NCBI GenBank assembly: GCA_043812495.1
Contig: JBDRMG010000047.1
Location: 43,771 to 107,770 of the forward strand
Origin: Candidatus Omnitrophota bacterium
Lineage (GTDB): Bacteria > Omnitrophota > Gorgyraeia > Zapsychrales > JBDRMG01
Direction of reading: 5' to 3'
DNA length: 64,000 nt
Part shown: positions 9,068-22,539 of the stretch, piece after piece
How the letters are laid out: the number at the start of each line of letters is the position of its first letter
Position numbering within the stretch: the first letter of the stretch is position 1
Made by a program: the position numbers and the translations under genes
Notes under the pieces: generated by a model
What the model was told of the DNA's origin: nothing
Databases searched by the model: none
What the model saw: the letters and a program-made list of their open reading frames with translations, nothing else

Positions 9068-12000
9068 GCCAATCCATTTATCCAAGAAAACAAGGACTGT
9101 ATGATCCGGCGAGCGAGCACGATGCTTGCGGTGTCGGCTTCGTCGTTAATATCGACGGCAGAAAATCGCATACGATCATCGAGCGCGGCATAGAGGTTTT
9201 AACAAAATTACTTCATCGCGGAGCGGCCGGCGAGGACAAGAAAACAGGCGATGGAGCCGGGATCCTCGTGCAGATTCCCCATGATTTCTTCTGCGCCCAA
9301 TGTTCATCGTTAAAAATCGCGTTAGGCCAAGAGGGAACATACGGCGTCGGCATGATTTTTATGCCTCAGGAAACAAAAATGCTTGAAAAATGCCAAGAGA
9401 TCACGAAAGAAGTGGCTTGCGAAGAAGGCTTTGAGTTTCTTGGTTGGCGCGAAGTCCCGGTGGATAGCTCGGCTGTGGGGAAAAAGGCCAGAGAAAAGCA
9501 ACCTTTAATTGTCCAGTGTTTTGTTCGTCACGACAACCTCAGAGAAGAAGCCCTTGAGCGAAAACTCTATGTCACCAGAAAACAAGTTGAACAACGCATT
9601 GAAAAAACTCTTTCGCTGGGTGATCGATTTTATATTGTCAGTTTATCTTCCCGGACGATCGTCTATAAAGGGATGATGATGGGCGAGCAAATCAGCTCTT
9701 TTTACAAAGATCTGAGCGATCCCTCGTTTATAAGCGCTATGGCCGTGATTCATCAACGCTACAGCACCAATACGTTTCCGTCCTGGAAACTGGCTCAGCC
9801 GTTTCGGTATTTGGCGCACAACGGAGAAATCAATACACTGCGCGGCAATCTCAACCAAATGAGGGCGCGCGAGAATCTTCTTGAATCCGATGACTTCGGC
9901 GACGATATTAAAAAGATTCTGCCTGTGATTGATCCCGGCGGAAGCGATTCCGCGTGCCTTGACAATGTTTTGGAATTATTGAACTCGGCCGGTCGTGATT
10001 TGGCGCACGCGATGATGATGCTAATCCCCCAGGCCTGGGGTCAAAAGTATCCCATTGGGCCGGATTTAAAAGGATTTTTTGAATATCACGCGGGGCTCAT
10101 GGAGCCGTGGGATGGTCCGGCCGCGGTGGCTTTTAGCGACGGGTCCGTGATAGGCGCTTTGTTAGACCGCAACGGTCTTCGCCCGGCGCGCTATACGATC
10201 ACCAAGAATAACTTTATGGTGCTTGCCTCCGAAGCGGGTGTTCTTGATTTCGCACCTGAGGGGATCCTTGAGAAAGGGGCCTTGCGACCCGGCGATATTA
10301 TTTTGGTTGATCTCAACAAAAAGCGTGTTCTTAAGAATAACGAAATCAAAACATTTTACGCCAGACGACAGCCTTATCGCCGCTGGGTGGAAGAGAATAA
10401 AATCCTTCTGCATGGGCTTTTTAATGACGTGGCTCCGGTGTCTTTGGACGCGGAGAGTCTTTTGACGCGAGAAAAACTTTTCGGATATACCCTGGAAGAT
10501 TGTAAAGAAATCATCAATCCCATGGCGTCCCGGGGATATGAACCTGTTGGTTCCATGGGATCGGATATTCCTCTGGCTGTTTTCTCGGAGAAGCCGCAGC
10601 TTTTGTACGCGTATTTCAAACAGCTCTTTGCTCAGATTACCAATCCCGCGATCGATCCGATCCGCGAAGAGCTCGTGATGTCGTTGATGACTTTTATCGG
10701 AAATCCGGGAAATATCCTTTCGGAAGTTCCGCAAAACAGCAATCTCATCAAGCTTATGCATCCGATTCTATCGAATGAGGATCTTGAGCGCGTGCGCTCT
10801 TTGAATCAAAAAGACTTTTGGGCCGTGACGTTGCAAATGGGTTTTGCGGCGGGAGGCTCGGGCGAAACTCTGGAAGAATCCCTAGGTCAGCTCTGCCGCG
10901 CGGCCGAGGCTTCGGTTACGAACGGTTCGTCCGTGATTATTTTAAGCGACCGGAATCTCTCTAAAGATTTGGCGCCTATCCCCGCGCTTCTGGCTGTTTC
11001 GGCTGTGAATCAGTATCTCATCCGGCAATCCATGAAGACCAACGTGGGTATTATCGTCGAGACCGGCGGGGCCCGGGAGATTCAGCATTTTGCGCTTCTC
11101 TTGGCCTTCGGCGCGACGGCCATTAATCCTTATTTAGCTTTTGAGGTTGTGACCGCGATGGCTTTACAAAAAACTTTAGAAAAAGAAATGGACACAACTA
11201 AGGCCATTGAGAATTATATCAAAGCGATTTGTAAGGGGCTTTTAAAGGTTATGTCCAAAATGGGCATTTCCACGCTTCGCAGCTACAGAGGCGCTCAAAT
11301 ATTTGAGGCGATTGGATTAACCTATGACGTGATCGAACAGTATTTTACCGGCACGTCTTCGCGTATCGACGGGATTGGCTTAAACGAAATTGCCAGAGAA
11401 GCGAACGCAAGACACAAATCCGCTTATGATCCCTCCTCAGAGCTTGGCTCTCTTCCAAGTGGAGGATGCTACAAATACCGACGGGACGGAGAAAGGCATC
11501 TGTGGACTCCGGAATCGATCAGTCAATTGCAATTCGCGACGCGGAATAATAATTACAAAATCTACAAAGAATATGCGCAGCTGATTAATAATCAGACCAA
11601 AAAGATCAGTACTCTGCGAGGTCTGTTTCAGTTCAAGAAGACAGAACCTATCCCGATTGAAGACGTGGAGCCGGCTGCGGACATCATCAAGCGTTTCGCG
11701 ACATCGGCAATGTCTTTTGGCTCGATCAGCCGGGAGGCCCATGAGACCTTAGCCATTGCCATGAACCGTTTGGGCGCGATGAGTAACAGCGGAGAAGGTG
11801 GAGAAGACCCCGCGCGCTATAAACTTTTACCAAACGGAGATAATCGCTCAAGCGCCGTCAAACAAGTCGCAAGCGGGCGTTTTGGCGTGACGGCCGAATA
11901 TTGTGTGAATGCCCGCGAGCTTCAGATCAAAATCGCGCAAGGCGCAAAACCCGGCGAAGGCGGCCAGCTCCCCGGGCACAAAGTCAACGAAGAAATCGCC

Positions 12001-13599
12001 CGCGTACGTCATTCTACGCCGGGCGTCACATTGATTTCGCCGCCGCCGCATCATGACGTTTATTCGATTGAGGATATTAAACAACTTATCTTTGATTTAA
12101 AAAATGCGAATCCCGCGGCGCGTATTTCCGTTAAACTTGTTTCCGAGACGGGTGTCGGAACCATCGCGGCCGGTGTCGCTAAAGCGCACGCCGATATGGT
12201 TTTGATCAGCGGCTACGACGGAGGGACGGGCGCTTCGCCTTTATCGTCGATCCGTCATGCCGGCGTCCCCTGGGAGCTTGGACTTGCGGAAACGCAACAG
12301 ACCCTTGTTCTCAACGGCCTGCGCAGCCGTATTCGCGTTCAAACCGACGGTCAGCTTAAAACAGGACGCGATGTTGTAATCGCGGCGCTTTTGGGCGCCG
12401 AGGAATTTGGTTTTGCCACTGCGCCCTTGGTGGTTTGCGGGTGCGTGATGATGAGAAAATGCCATCTCAACACCTGCCCTGTTGGTGTTGCAACCCAAGA
12501 CCCTGAACTTCGCAAGCGCTTTAAAGGCAAACCGGAATACGTCGTGAATTTCTTTTCTTTTATTGCTCAGGAAGTCAGGGAATACATGGCCCAGCTGGGC
12601 ATAAGAAAAATAGATGATTTGATTGGCCGAACCGATCTTCTTGAAATTAATGAGGCCATCAATTTTTGGAAGGCCAAAGGATTGGATTTTTCAAGAATCT
12701 TAAGTGAAAATAATCCGGATACAGCAGCCATCCGGCGATGCACCCAGAGTCAAGATCACGAAATCGATCATGTGCTTGACCGGGAGCTGATTGAACGTTC
12801 ATCCCAATCTCTGGAAAATAAGAAGCCCGTCAAAATTGATTTACCGATCCGCAATACCCATCTGACGACCGGGGCTATGCTTTCCGGCGAGATCGCCAAA
12901 CGCTACGGGCATCAGGGCCTGCCGGATGACACGATCACATGTTCCTTCCAGGGATCGGCGGGGCAGAGCTTTGGGGCTTTTGCCGCCAAGGGTCTTACGT
13001 TTATTCTTGAAGGAGAAGCCAATGACTATTGCGGCAAAGGGATGTGCGGCGGAAAGATTATTATGAAGCCTTTGAAAGGCTGCACCTTTGATCCATCGGA
13101 GAATATCATCTGCGGCAATGTTCTTCTTTACGGGGCGACATCGGGGGAAATCTATATTCACGGCCGCGCAGGGGAACGATTTGCCATCAGAAACAGCGGT
13201 GCCTATGCTGTGGTGGAGGGAATCGGCGATCACGGCTGCGAATACATGACAGGCGGCCGCGTCGTTGTGCTGGGAGAAACAGGAATTAATTTTGCGGCCG
13301 GCATGAGCGGCGGAATCGCCTACGTGTATGACCCCAACAGCAAACTGGATGGCCGTACCAACCTTGATATGGTGGACCTTGAGCTTGTGAACGAACCGGA
13401 GGACATCAAAGAGCTGAAGGGCATGATCGAAAGACATTTCAAATACACGGCCAGCCCGAAGGCTCGATATATTTTGGATCATTGGGAAGAATCTTTGCCT
13501 TTGTTCGTAAAGGTGTTTCCGATGGAATACCGTCGAGTTTTGGGAAAGATGAGCAAGGAAGATGAAGAGATCGAACGCGAAGAAACGGTGATGAAGTAA
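9064..13599 (+). CDS. gltB: Glutamate synthase large subunit
   Basis: 1511 aa. N-terminal Ntn amidotransferase Cys (…HDACGVGF) and the FMN/GXGXG domains typical of GltB. Confidence 0.95.
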   Translation: MSQSIYPRKQGLYDPASEHDACGVGFVVNIDGRKSHTIIERGIEVLTKLLHRGAAGEDKKTGDGAGILVQIPHDFFCAQCSSLKIALGQEGTYGVGMIFMPQETKMLEKCQEITKEVACEEGFEFLGWREVPVDSSAVGKKAREKQPLIVQCFVRHDNLREEALERKLYVTRKQVEQRIEKTLSLGDRFYIVSLSSRTIVYKGMMMGEQISSFYKDLSDPSFISAMAVIHQRYSTNTFPSWKLAQPFRYLAHNGEINTLRGNLNQMRARENLLESDDFGDDIKKILPVIDPGGSDSACLDNVLELLNSAGRDLAHAMMMLIPQAWGQKYPIGPDLKGFFEYHAGLMEPWDGPAAVAFSDGSVIGALLDRNGLRPARYTITKNNFMVLASEAGVLDFAPEGILEKGALRPGDIILVDLNKKRVLKNNEIKTFYARRQPYRRWVEENKILLHGLFNDVAPVSLDAESLLTREKLFGYTLEDCKEIINPMASRGYEPVGSMGSDIPLAVFSEKPQLLYAYFKQLFAQITNPAIDPIREELVMSLMTFIGNPGNILSEVPQNSNLIKLMHPILSNEDLERVRSLNQKDFWAVTLQMGFAAGGSGETLEESLGQLCRAAEASVTNGSSVIILSDRNLSKDLAPIPALLAVSAVNQYLIRQSMKTNVGIIVETGGAREIQHFALLLAFGATAINPYLAFEVVTAMALQKTLEKEMDTTKAIENYIKAICKGLLKVMSKMGISTLRSYRGAQIFEAIGLTYDVIEQYFTGTSSRIDGIGLNEIAREANARHKSAYDPSSELGSLPSGGCYKYRRDGERHLWTPESISQLQFATRNNNYKIYKEYAQLINNQTKKISTLRGLFQFKKTEPIPIEDVEPAADIIKRFATSAMSFGSISREAHETLAIAMNRLGAMSNSGEGGEDPARYKLLPNGDNRSSAVKQVASGRFGVTAEYCVNARELQIKIAQGAKPGEGGQLPGHKVNEEIARVRHSTPGVTLISPPPHHDVYSIEDIKQLIFDLKNANPAARISVKLVSETGVGTIAAGVAKAHADMVLISGYDGGTGASPLSSIRHAGVPWELGLAETQQTLVLNGLRSRIRVQTDGQLKTGRDVVIAALLGAEEFGFATAPLVVCGCVMMRKCHLNTCPVGVATQDPELRKRFKGKPEYVVNFFSFIAQEVREYMAQLGIRKIDDLIGRTDLLEINEAINFWKAKGLDFSRILSENNPDTAAIRRCTQSQDHEIDHVLDRELIERSSQSLENKKPVKIDLPIRNTHLTTGAMLSGEIAKRYGHQGLPDDTITCSFQGSAGQSFGAFAAKGLTFILEGEANDYCGKGMCGGKIIMKPLKGCTFDPSENIICGNVLLYGATSGEIYIHGRAGERFAIRNSGAYAVVEGIGDHGCEYMTGGRVVVLGETGINFAAGMSGGIAYVYDPNSKLDGRTNLDMVDLELVNEPEDIKELKGMIERHFKYTASPKARYILDHWEESLPLFVKVFPMEYRRVLGKMSKEDEEIEREETVMK

Positions 13600-15026
13600 T
13601 GGGTGAAATACACGGTTTCATGAAATACCCTAGGCAGGACTTTGAAAAAGAGCCTGTTGAAATCCGCAAACAGCACTGGAAAGAGTTTGTTAAGCTTCTG
13701 GCCGAGGAAGATATCAGAAAACAAGGCGCCCGGTGCATGGAATGCGGAGTGCCTTTTTGTCATTGGGCTTGCCCTCTGGGGAATGTGATCCCCGACTGGA
13801 ATGATCTGGTCTATAAAGGACGATGGCCAGAGGCGCTCAAGCGGCTTTTTGAGACCAATAATTTTCCGGAAATCACAGGACGCATCTGTCCGGCCCCCTG
13901 CGAGCATTCCTGCGTGCTTGCGATCAATGAACCCGCCGTGACGATTAAGAATATTGAGTTGTCGATCATCGAAAAGGCCTACGAACAAGGATGGATCAAA
14001 GCCCATATTCCCAGAAAGCGCACCGGAAAGAAAATAGCCGTGGTCGGATCCGGCCCGGCGGGCTTGGCCTGCGCCGATCAACTGAATCAAGCCGGTCACA
14101 CCGTGACCGTTTATGAGAAAAATGAAAATGTCGGCGGTATTCTTGCTTTTGGCATTCCGGATTTTAAATTAGAAAAATGGATTTTGGAAAGACGCATTCA
14201 TCTGATGAAAGAAGAAGGCGTTATTTTTCAAACCGGCATCCATGTGGGCGTTGGCCTAAAGGCTAAAGACATTCTTAAAGAAAGCGATGCCCTCGTGCTT
14301 TGCGTTGGAACCGAACAATCCCGTGATTTGAAAGTGCCGGGACGCGAATTAACCGGCGTCACCCAGGCCATGACCTATTTAGTTCAGCAGAATCGCGTGA
14401 ACAAAGGACAAAGAATCAGCCCGAAAGAGAGAATCAGCGCCGAGGGTAAAAATGTTATTGTCTTAGGCGGCGGAGATACGGGCGCGGATTGCGTGGGAAC
14501 AGCGAATCGCCAAGGGGCCAAAGCCGTCAGGCAATATGAAATTATGCCCTGTTTGCCCACCGAGCGAGACCCGGACAATCCATGGCCGCAATGGGCGTTT
14601 GTTTATCGTCCATCCTCATCCCATGAAGAAGGAGTCGAGCAGAATTTTTGTATAATGACCAAGCACTTAAGCGGCAAAAACGGTCAACTGAAAAAACTGC
14701 ATGCCGTGCGCCTGGAATACGGACCCAAAGATGCTGAAAGCTGCCGTTGCCCGAGCTGCGAAATCCCCAACTCAGACTTTGACGTTGACTGCGATCTTTT
14801 GATTTTGGCTATGGGATTCTTAGGTCCGGTCAAAGCAGGACTCATCAAGGAATTAGGCGTCGAGCTTGATGCCCGCGGCAATGTCAAAACAGATGAAAAT
14901 TATAAAACCAATGTGGACGGTGTCTTTGCGGCCGGCGATATGCGCCGGGGCCAGTCGCTTGTGGTGTGGGCTATTGAAGAAGGCCGAAAAGCCGCTTGTT
15001 GTGTCCATCAATGGCTTGGTCAATAA
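13599..15026 (+). CDS. gltD: Glutamate synthase small subunit (NADPH-dependent oxidoreductase)
   Basis: Fe-S cysteine cluster plus dinucleotide-binding [12 protein letters not shown] motif. The start overlaps the gltB stop. Confidence 0.9.
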   Translation: MGEIHGFMKYPRQDFEKEPVEIRKQHWKEFVKLLAEEDIRKQGARCMECGVPFCHWACPLGNVIPDWNDLVYKGRWPEALKRLFETNNFPEITGRICPAPCEHSCVLAINEPAVTIKNIELSIIEKAYEQGWIKAHIPRKRTGKKIAVVGSGPAGLACADQLNQAGHTVTVYEKNENVGGILAFGIPDFKLEKWILERRIHLMKEEGVIFQTGIHVGVGLKAKDILKESDALVLCVGTEQSRDLKVPGRELTGVTQAMTYLVQQNRVNKGQRISPKERISAEGKNVIVLGGGDTGADCVGTANRQGAKAVRQYEIMPCLPTERDPDNPWPQWAFVYRPSSSHEEGVEQNFCIMTKHLSGKNGQLKKLHAVRLEYGPKDAESCRCPSCEIPNSDFDVDCDLLILAMGFLGPVKAGLIKELGVELDARGNVKTDENYKTNVDGVFAAGDMRRGQSLVVWAIEEGRKAACCVHQWLGQ

Positions 15027-15057
15027 TCAACAATGTTGGAATTTTCTTGTTTAAAAG

Positions 15058-15125
15058 TTAACGCGAATTTTCGCGAATCTAACGCGAATGATCGCGAATT
15101 TCTTGATGATCTATTCGCGAAAATC
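15058..15125. promoter_or_regulatory. Cluster of five TTCGCGAA / CGCGAA palindromic half-sites in the gltD-downstream intergenic region
   Basis: aacgcgaattttcgcgaatctaacgcgaatgatcgcgaatttc…tattcgcgaaaat read directly from the sequence. Candidate regulator-binding array or repeat. Confidence 0.35.
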
Positions 15126-15172
15126 TGCCCGCCTCGGCCGTTGGCCTCATCGAGGCCGGGCGTTTGATTTGC
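15126..15172 (+). terminator. Rho-independent terminator-like GC hairpin plus T-rich tract after gltD
   Basis: gcccgcctcggcc…ggccgggcg hairpin followed by tttgatttg. Confidence 0.5.
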
Positions 15173-15272
15173 GTGAATTTGCGTTTAAACTATTTATTTA
15201 ATTTTTACGTAGAATTAAATTACGGAAAATCATTTTAAGTCATAACAAATCAAAGAACTATACGAGGCCACA

Positions 15273-17906
15273 ATGAGTAAATCCAATCAAACGCATAACA
15301 CAGGACTTTCGGGCTTAGATAAAATCTTACAAGGAGTTCGCTTGGGCGACAATGTTGTGATGCAGGTCGACGCCATCGATGATTATGTACGCTTTGTTCA
15401 CCCTTTTGCCAAGGCGGCTCATCATGCTAAGAAAGACCTGATTTATTTTCGGTTTGCCGATCATGAACCGGTGATTCCCGAGGGTATCGCTGTTCATACC
15501 TACGAATTGCATCCCGAGGCGGGATTTGAAAATTTCATTTCAGAAATATTTGATGTCATAGAAAAGCTCGGCAAGGGCGCATTTTATATCTTTGACTGTC
15601 TCTCGGAGCTGGCCGTGGATTGGTACAGCGACCGTATGCTGGGAAATTTCTTTATGCTGACATGTCCTTATCTTTTTGATTATGAGACCGTTGCCTATTT
15701 TGCCCTGAAACGCGATAATCATACGGCGTACGCGATTGAAGCGATTCATGGAACGGCTCAGATCGTTATGGACGTGTACCGCCATAAAGAAGACATGTAT
15801 GTTCATCCGCTTAAAGTTGAAGGCCGCTATACGCCAACCATGTATATGCTTCACCGATGGGACAAAGAAGAATTCGCTCCGGTTACCCGAAGCTCAACGA
15901 CCGCGGAAATTTTGACAGCCGCCCCTCAGCCGTGGCTTGATTTTACAATGCAAAAACGCGATGTCTGGACGCGCAATTTCCTCCAGGCCCAGGAAGTGGT
16001 CAATACCACACGTTCCGATAGCCGCGAGACGTGGAAGAAAAGTAAACTGTTCCAGAGGCTTTTACGTATGGCTGTAACTCGCGATGAGCGCCCGCTTAAG
16101 CTCGCCGAGAAATATTTTGACTTTGCCGATGTCGTCGATATCGGTAAGCGCATGATCGGCACCGGTTTAGTCGGCGGAAAATCCGTCGGTATGCTTTTAG
16201 CCAGAGCCATTCTCAAGAAAGCTGATCCTATCTGGGCACAGAAGCTTGAGCCTCACGATTCCTTTTATATCGGCTCGGATGTCTTCTATACTTATTTGAT
16301 TCAGAACAAATGCTGGTGGATGCGCCGGAAGCTCAACAGCACCTCAGAGAATTTTGATTTGGCGGATGAAGCCTGCGCGCTCATACTCAAAGGCGAATTT
16401 ACAAAAGATATTCAGGATCAATTTCTGGAAATGTTGGATTATTTCGGACAATCACCGATCATTGTCCGTTCGTCCAGTCTTCTGGAAGACGCGTACGGAA
16501 ATTCTTTCTCAGGAAAATACGAAAGTGTTTTCTGCGCCAATCAAGGAACGCCGGAAGAACGTTTTGAGAAATTCGTGGACGCGGTGCGTACGGTCTACGC
16601 CAGCACCATGAGCAAAGAAGCCCTGTCGTATCGGGCGCATTGGGGGCTTTTGGATAGCGACGAACAGATGGCGCTTTTGGTACAACGCGTGTCCGGCACC
16701 GTTCACGAAAGCCAGTTCTTCCCGCAAATTTCCGGCGTCGGGTTTTCTTTTAATCCCTTTGTCTGGAATAGTGAGATCGATCCTAAAGCCGGAATGCTGA
16801 GACTTGTTTTTGGCCTGGGCACCAGGGCCGTGGAGCGCGTCGATGATGATTACACGCGCATCGTGGCGCTCAACGCACCCATGCGGCGGCCCGAGGCAAG
16901 TTCGGAAGATATCCGCAAGTACACCCAGCACAAAATCGATATTCTTGATCTGAAGGCCAATTGCCACACCTCGCGTATGTTTGAGGATGTCATCAAAGAG
17001 GCGCCCGACGTTCCACTGGATATTTTTGCTTCGCGTGATCAAGAGCTTGAGCGCCGTATGCGCGAAATGAAACGCTCCAATGTTTTTTCTTGGATTCTGG
17101 CTTTTGATACCCTGCTTTCCAAGACAGCCTTTGTTGATGATATGCGAACCATGCTGACAATACTCCAGGAATCTTACAATTATCCCGTGGATGTGGAGTT
17201 CACGACCAATTTCCTCGACAAAGACCATTACCGGATTAATCTTGTCCAGTGCCGTCCGTTTCAGGTTAAAGGAAACATCTTAAGCGTTGAAACCCCGCGC
17301 GTGATTAACCGGGAGAAAATTATTCTTGAAACCAAAGGTCCTGTGATCGGAAGCAGCGTCGCCATGACGATTGATCGCATTATTTATGTCTCACCGGAAG
17401 CTTACGGAACAATGAAGGAAGGCGATCGTTATGCCGTGGCCAGGTTGGTCGGCCGGCTGACACACTTAAAAAACAAGGACAAAAAACCGACCATGATGCT
17501 CATTGGTCCCGGTCGTTGGGCCACGTCCACCCCGTCGTTGGGTGTGCCGGTGTCTTTTACGGAAATTAATACAGCTTCGGTTCTTTGCGAAGTCGCAGCC
17601 ATGCACGAAGGGTTGATTCCGGAAGTGTCTTTGGGTACGCACTTTTTCAATGATTTGGTCGAAATGGACATGCTGTATTTTGCTCTTTACCCGCAGAAAT
17701 ACGACAATCTGCTCAACAGCGAGTTTTTCAAGAAATCAAAAAACCAATTAACATCACTGATTCCTGATGCGGCCTCTTTAGCGTCCGTTGTGTACGTCAT
17801 TGATGCGGATGTCTCCAAAGAAGACGAATGCATTTGTCTCAACGCCGATGTTCTCAAGCAGAATGCTGTTTGTTATCTGGGCGAGGGGACGCCGGCGTCC
17901 GAATAA
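15273..17906 (+). CDS. PEP-synthase / pyruvate-phosphate dikinase N-terminal-like (PPDK_N, ATP-grasp) domain protein with a degenerate KaiC/RecA-like N-terminal domain
   Basis: The central region aligns by eye to PpsA PPDK_N (VGGKSVGM; IVRSSSLLEDAYGNSFSGKYESVF, compare VRSSATAEDMPDASFAGQQETF). The N-terminus has a KaiC-like GLSGLDKIL signature but no Walker A. No phospho-His or PEP-utilizing C-terminal domains were recognised. Confidence 0.6.
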   Translation: MSKSNQTHNTGLSGLDKILQGVRLGDNVVMQVDAIDDYVRFVHPFAKAAHHAKKDLIYFRFADHEPVIPEGIAVHTYELHPEAGFENFISEIFDVIEKLGKGAFYIFDCLSELAVDWYSDRMLGNFFMLTCPYLFDYETVAYFALKRDNHTAYAIEAIHGTAQIVMDVYRHKEDMYVHPLKVEGRYTPTMYMLHRWDKEEFAPVTRSSTTAEILTAAPQPWLDFTMQKRDVWTRNFLQAQEVVNTTRSDSRETWKKSKLFQRLLRMAVTRDERPLKLAEKYFDFADVVDIGKRMIGTGLVGGKSVGMLLARAILKKADPIWAQKLEPHDSFYIGSDVFYTYLIQNKCWWMRRKLNSTSENFDLADEACALILKGEFTKDIQDQFLEMLDYFGQSPIIVRSSSLLEDAYGNSFSGKYESVFCANQGTPEERFEKFVDAVRTVYASTMSKEALSYRAHWGLLDSDEQMALLVQRVSGTVHESQFFPQISGVGFSFNPFVWNSEIDPKAGMLRLVFGLGTRAVERVDDDYTRIVALNAPMRRPEASSEDIRKYTQHKIDILDLKANCHTSRMFEDVIKEAPDVPLDIFASRDQELERRMREMKRSNVFSWILAFDTLLSKTAFVDDMRTMLTILQESYNYPVDVEFTTNFLDKDHYRINLVQCRPFQVKGNILSVETPRVINREKIILETKGPVIGSSVAMTIDRIIYVSPEAYGTMKEGDRYAVARLVGRLTHLKNKDKKPTMMLIGPGRWATSTPSLGVPVSFTEINTASVLCEVAAMHEGLIPEVSLGTHFFNDLVEMDMLYFALYPQKYDNLLNSEFFKKSKNQLTSLIPDAASLASVVYVIDADVSKEDECICLNADVLKQNAVCYLGEGTPASE

Positions 17907-17976
17907 AAAGACGTGCCGCTCGATCAGCCCTGCCAAAACAGCGAAAAATTCTCTCCTTGAGATTTCCAAAAAACGT

Positions 17977-18005
17977 TTGACAATTCAAATGGTTGATTGT
18001 ATATT
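17977..18005 (+). promoter_or_regulatory. Consensus sigma70-like promoter (TTGACA, 17 bp spacer, TATATT) directly upstream of repeat element copy 1
   Basis: ttgaca at 17977-17982, 17 bp spacer, tatatt at 18000-18005. Confidence 0.55.
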
Positions 18006-18010
18006 GCTTC

Positions 18011-18126
18011 TATTCTACTTCGCATAAGCGATGAAAATGATAGTAGATGCTTCGTAGAATATTCTCAGCTGAATAATTCTCCGAAGCCTATACTAGATTT
18101 TTCTACTGGTAAGGCGAAGGAGAATA
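18011..18126 (+). repeat. About 115 nt two-hairpin element (copy 1 of 3); candidate sRNA, leader RNA or MITE
   Basis: About 90% identical to 33123-33236. Hairpin 1 is attctacTTCgc…gcTTCgtagaat and hairpin 2 is tattctccGAAgcc…ggcGAAggagaata. A terminator-like hairpin lies about 55 nt downstream. Confidence 0.7.
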
Positions 18127-18180
18127 ATTCGGGCAATGGCGTTCGGATCATTTACAGATTGATCTGTAGGGGCAACGAGG

Positions 18181-18225
18181 TCCTCAAGAAAATCCAAAGA
18201 AGGATTTTTTGAGGATTTTTTTATT
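18181..18225 (+). terminator. Rho-independent terminator-like hairpin with T-run
   Basis: tcctcaagaaaatccaaagaaggattttttgagga followed by ttttttt. Confidence 0.55.
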
Positions 18226-18311
18226 TTGTCAAAAAGCTCGCCCAGCCATCCCGCCTGAAGTTTTCAAATAATTTCTGAGAATTCGAATCAATCTTCAAAC
18301 TTCTTTAAAAA

Positions 18312-19157
18312 ATGAAAATTATCCACAAAGAAATCCTCACGGACACTCAAGGCGTTAAAATCATCAAATTTTATATCCAATCTCCTTTTATCGCTAAAAA
18401 AGCCCAACCCGGACAATTTGTCGTGGCCATGGTCCAGGAAGACGGAGAACGCATTCCTCTGACCGTTGTCGATACGCATGGAGATGAGATCACGCTCATT
18501 ATGCAGGAAGCTGGTTTATCGACAAAGCTCATGGGAAAATTGAACGTGGGAGATTCTCTTTACGCACTTGTGGGGCCCTTGGGGCACGCGACGCCCATTA
18601 AAAATTACGGCAAGGTTATTCTTGTGGCCGGTGGTGTGGGGATCGCCGAAATTTATCCCGTGGCCAAAAAACTTAAAGAAACGGGAAATCATGTCGTTGT
18701 GATCTTAGGCGCGAGAACCAAAGATATCTTGTTTTATGAAAATGAGCTAAGACATATCGCGGATGAACTTTATGTCACGACCGATGACGGCTCGTACGGC
18801 CAAAAAGGTTTTACAACAGATGTTCTGAAAGAACTTCTTGGGAAAAGTAAATATGATTTTGTTTATGCCGTCGGACCTTTACCGATGATGGAAAAAGTTT
18901 CGCTGGTATCAAAAGGTTTCGGCGTGAAAACAGCTGTTTCCCTGAATGCCACCATGCTGGATGCGAGCGGCATGTGCGGAGGATGCCGGGTCACAGTGGA
19001 CGGCAAGGTCAAATTTGCCTGCGTGGACGGCCCGGAATTCGACGGCCATTTGGTTGACTGGGATGAAATGAAAAAAAGAAGCAAGATGTATCTTGATCAG
19101 GAAAAACATTCCTGTCATTTACATAATGGGGCTTCACAAAAATCGTTTCGTCCTTGA
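18312..19157 (+). CDS. nfnA: NfnA / sulfide dehydrogenase beta-like FAD/NAD-binding [2Fe-2S] subunit (PyrK-like)
   Basis: Ferredoxin-NADP reductase-like fold with a C-terminal Cys cluster (GGCRVTVDGKVKFACVDGP). Paired with the downstream GltD-like gene. Confidence 0.75.
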   Translation: MKIIHKEILTDTQGVKIIKFYIQSPFIAKKAQPGQFVVAMVQEDGERIPLTVVDTHGDEITLIMQEAGLSTKLMGKLNVGDSLYALVGPLGHATPIKNYGKVILVAGGVGIAEIYPVAKKLKETGNHVVVILGARTKDILFYENELRHIADELYVTTDDGSYGQKGFTTDVLKELLGKSKYDFVYAVGPLPMMEKVSLVSKGFGVKTAVSLNATMLDASGMCGGCRVTVDGKVKFACVDGPEFDGHLVDWDEMKKRSKMYLDQEKHSCHLHNGASQKSFRP

Positions 19158-19235
19158 TTACACAGATTAAGAATCTGATTCCACAGATTGAAACTCATCG
19201 AGAACATCTGTGTAATCTTATGAAAATCCGTGTAA
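19158..19235. repeat. Short element built of GATTACACAGAT / ATCTGTGTAATC inverted repeats (copy 1)
   Basis: gattacacagat, gattccacagat and atctgtgtaatc lie within 80 bp. The same motif set recurs at 56886-56950. Confidence 0.6.
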
Positions 19236-19280
19236 TCGATAGCACAGAACGAATTTTATGAAAGGCTATTTATATAAGAT

Positions 19281-22068
<2,788 letters not shown>

Positions 22069-22108
22069 GCAGAAGAGAAAAGAACAGAGGACAGAAAGTA
22101 TTGTTTGC

Positions 22109-22146
22109 GGCGCCCCGCCGTCTTGTGGCGGGGCGCCCCTGTTTGC
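22109..22146 (+). terminator. Rho-independent terminator after gdhA
   Basis: Perfect hairpin ggcgccccgcc-gtcttgt-ggcggggcgcc followed by ctgtttg. Confidence 0.6.
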
Positions 22147-22197
22147 ATCACTAATTTTACATTGCGAATGATTTTCGCTTAAGATATAATTGACCTC

Positions 22198-22539
22198 ATG
22201 GAGATTATAAAAAACACGCTTAAAATTTCTCAGCTTAAAGAAATGGCGGAACGCTTATTCGGCAATCTGGTGAAAGCCGTTGTGGATACCGAGCAAGAGT
22301 GGCTGGCCGTCGATGGCGAACTTCATTCGGATTTAGAGGCCTTCTTGCTGGAAGGCGGCTCAAAACAAAAAAACCTCTGGGGGATTAATCTTTATGTGGA
22401 CAGGCAAGGTGAAGATTTTATCGAATTTGACTCGGTAATCAATATGCGTCCGTCGCAAAACAATCGAAGCCGTGGCGTGGATAGCCCTGAGATTCGAAAG
22501 CGCATCACGGACATCGTCAACAAAAGGTTAAAGCTGTGA
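22198..22539 (+). CDS. Hypothetical protein (first of a translationally coupled pair)
   Basis: 113 aa ORF. Its stop overlaps a GTG start of the next ORF. Confidence 0.4.
   Translation: MEIIKNTLKISQLKEMAERLFGNLVKAVVDTEQEWLAVDGELHSDLEAFLLEGGSKQKNLWGINLYVDRQGEDFIEFDSVINMRPSQNNRSRGVDSPEIRKRITDIVNKRLKL

Noticed and set aside
1200-9100. Searched for sigma54 (TGGCAC-N5-TTGCW) promoters upstream of amtB, glnN and gltB
   Set aside because: No convincing match was seen by eye. TGGCAC at 28061 is part of the dinD palindrome and lacks the TTGC element. Absence by eye is weak evidence, so it is not reported as a feature.
9643-13482. Numerous antisense or alternate-frame ORFs of 60-240 aa inside gltB, gltD, carB, purF, pyrG, glnN and nadE. 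Examples are 10162..10761(-), 12841..13482(-), 13479..14099(-), 38667..39251(-), 44440..45099(-), 16509..17228(-).
   Set aside because: They lie embedded in, and opposite to, long well-supported genes with clear homology. They are typical spurious ORFs in GC-balanced DNA.
17997-18212. 71 aa ORF spanning the 115 nt element
   Set aside because: It is co-extensive with a conserved repeat/RNA-like element whose other copy has no ORF. It has no RBS. It is unlikely to be coding.
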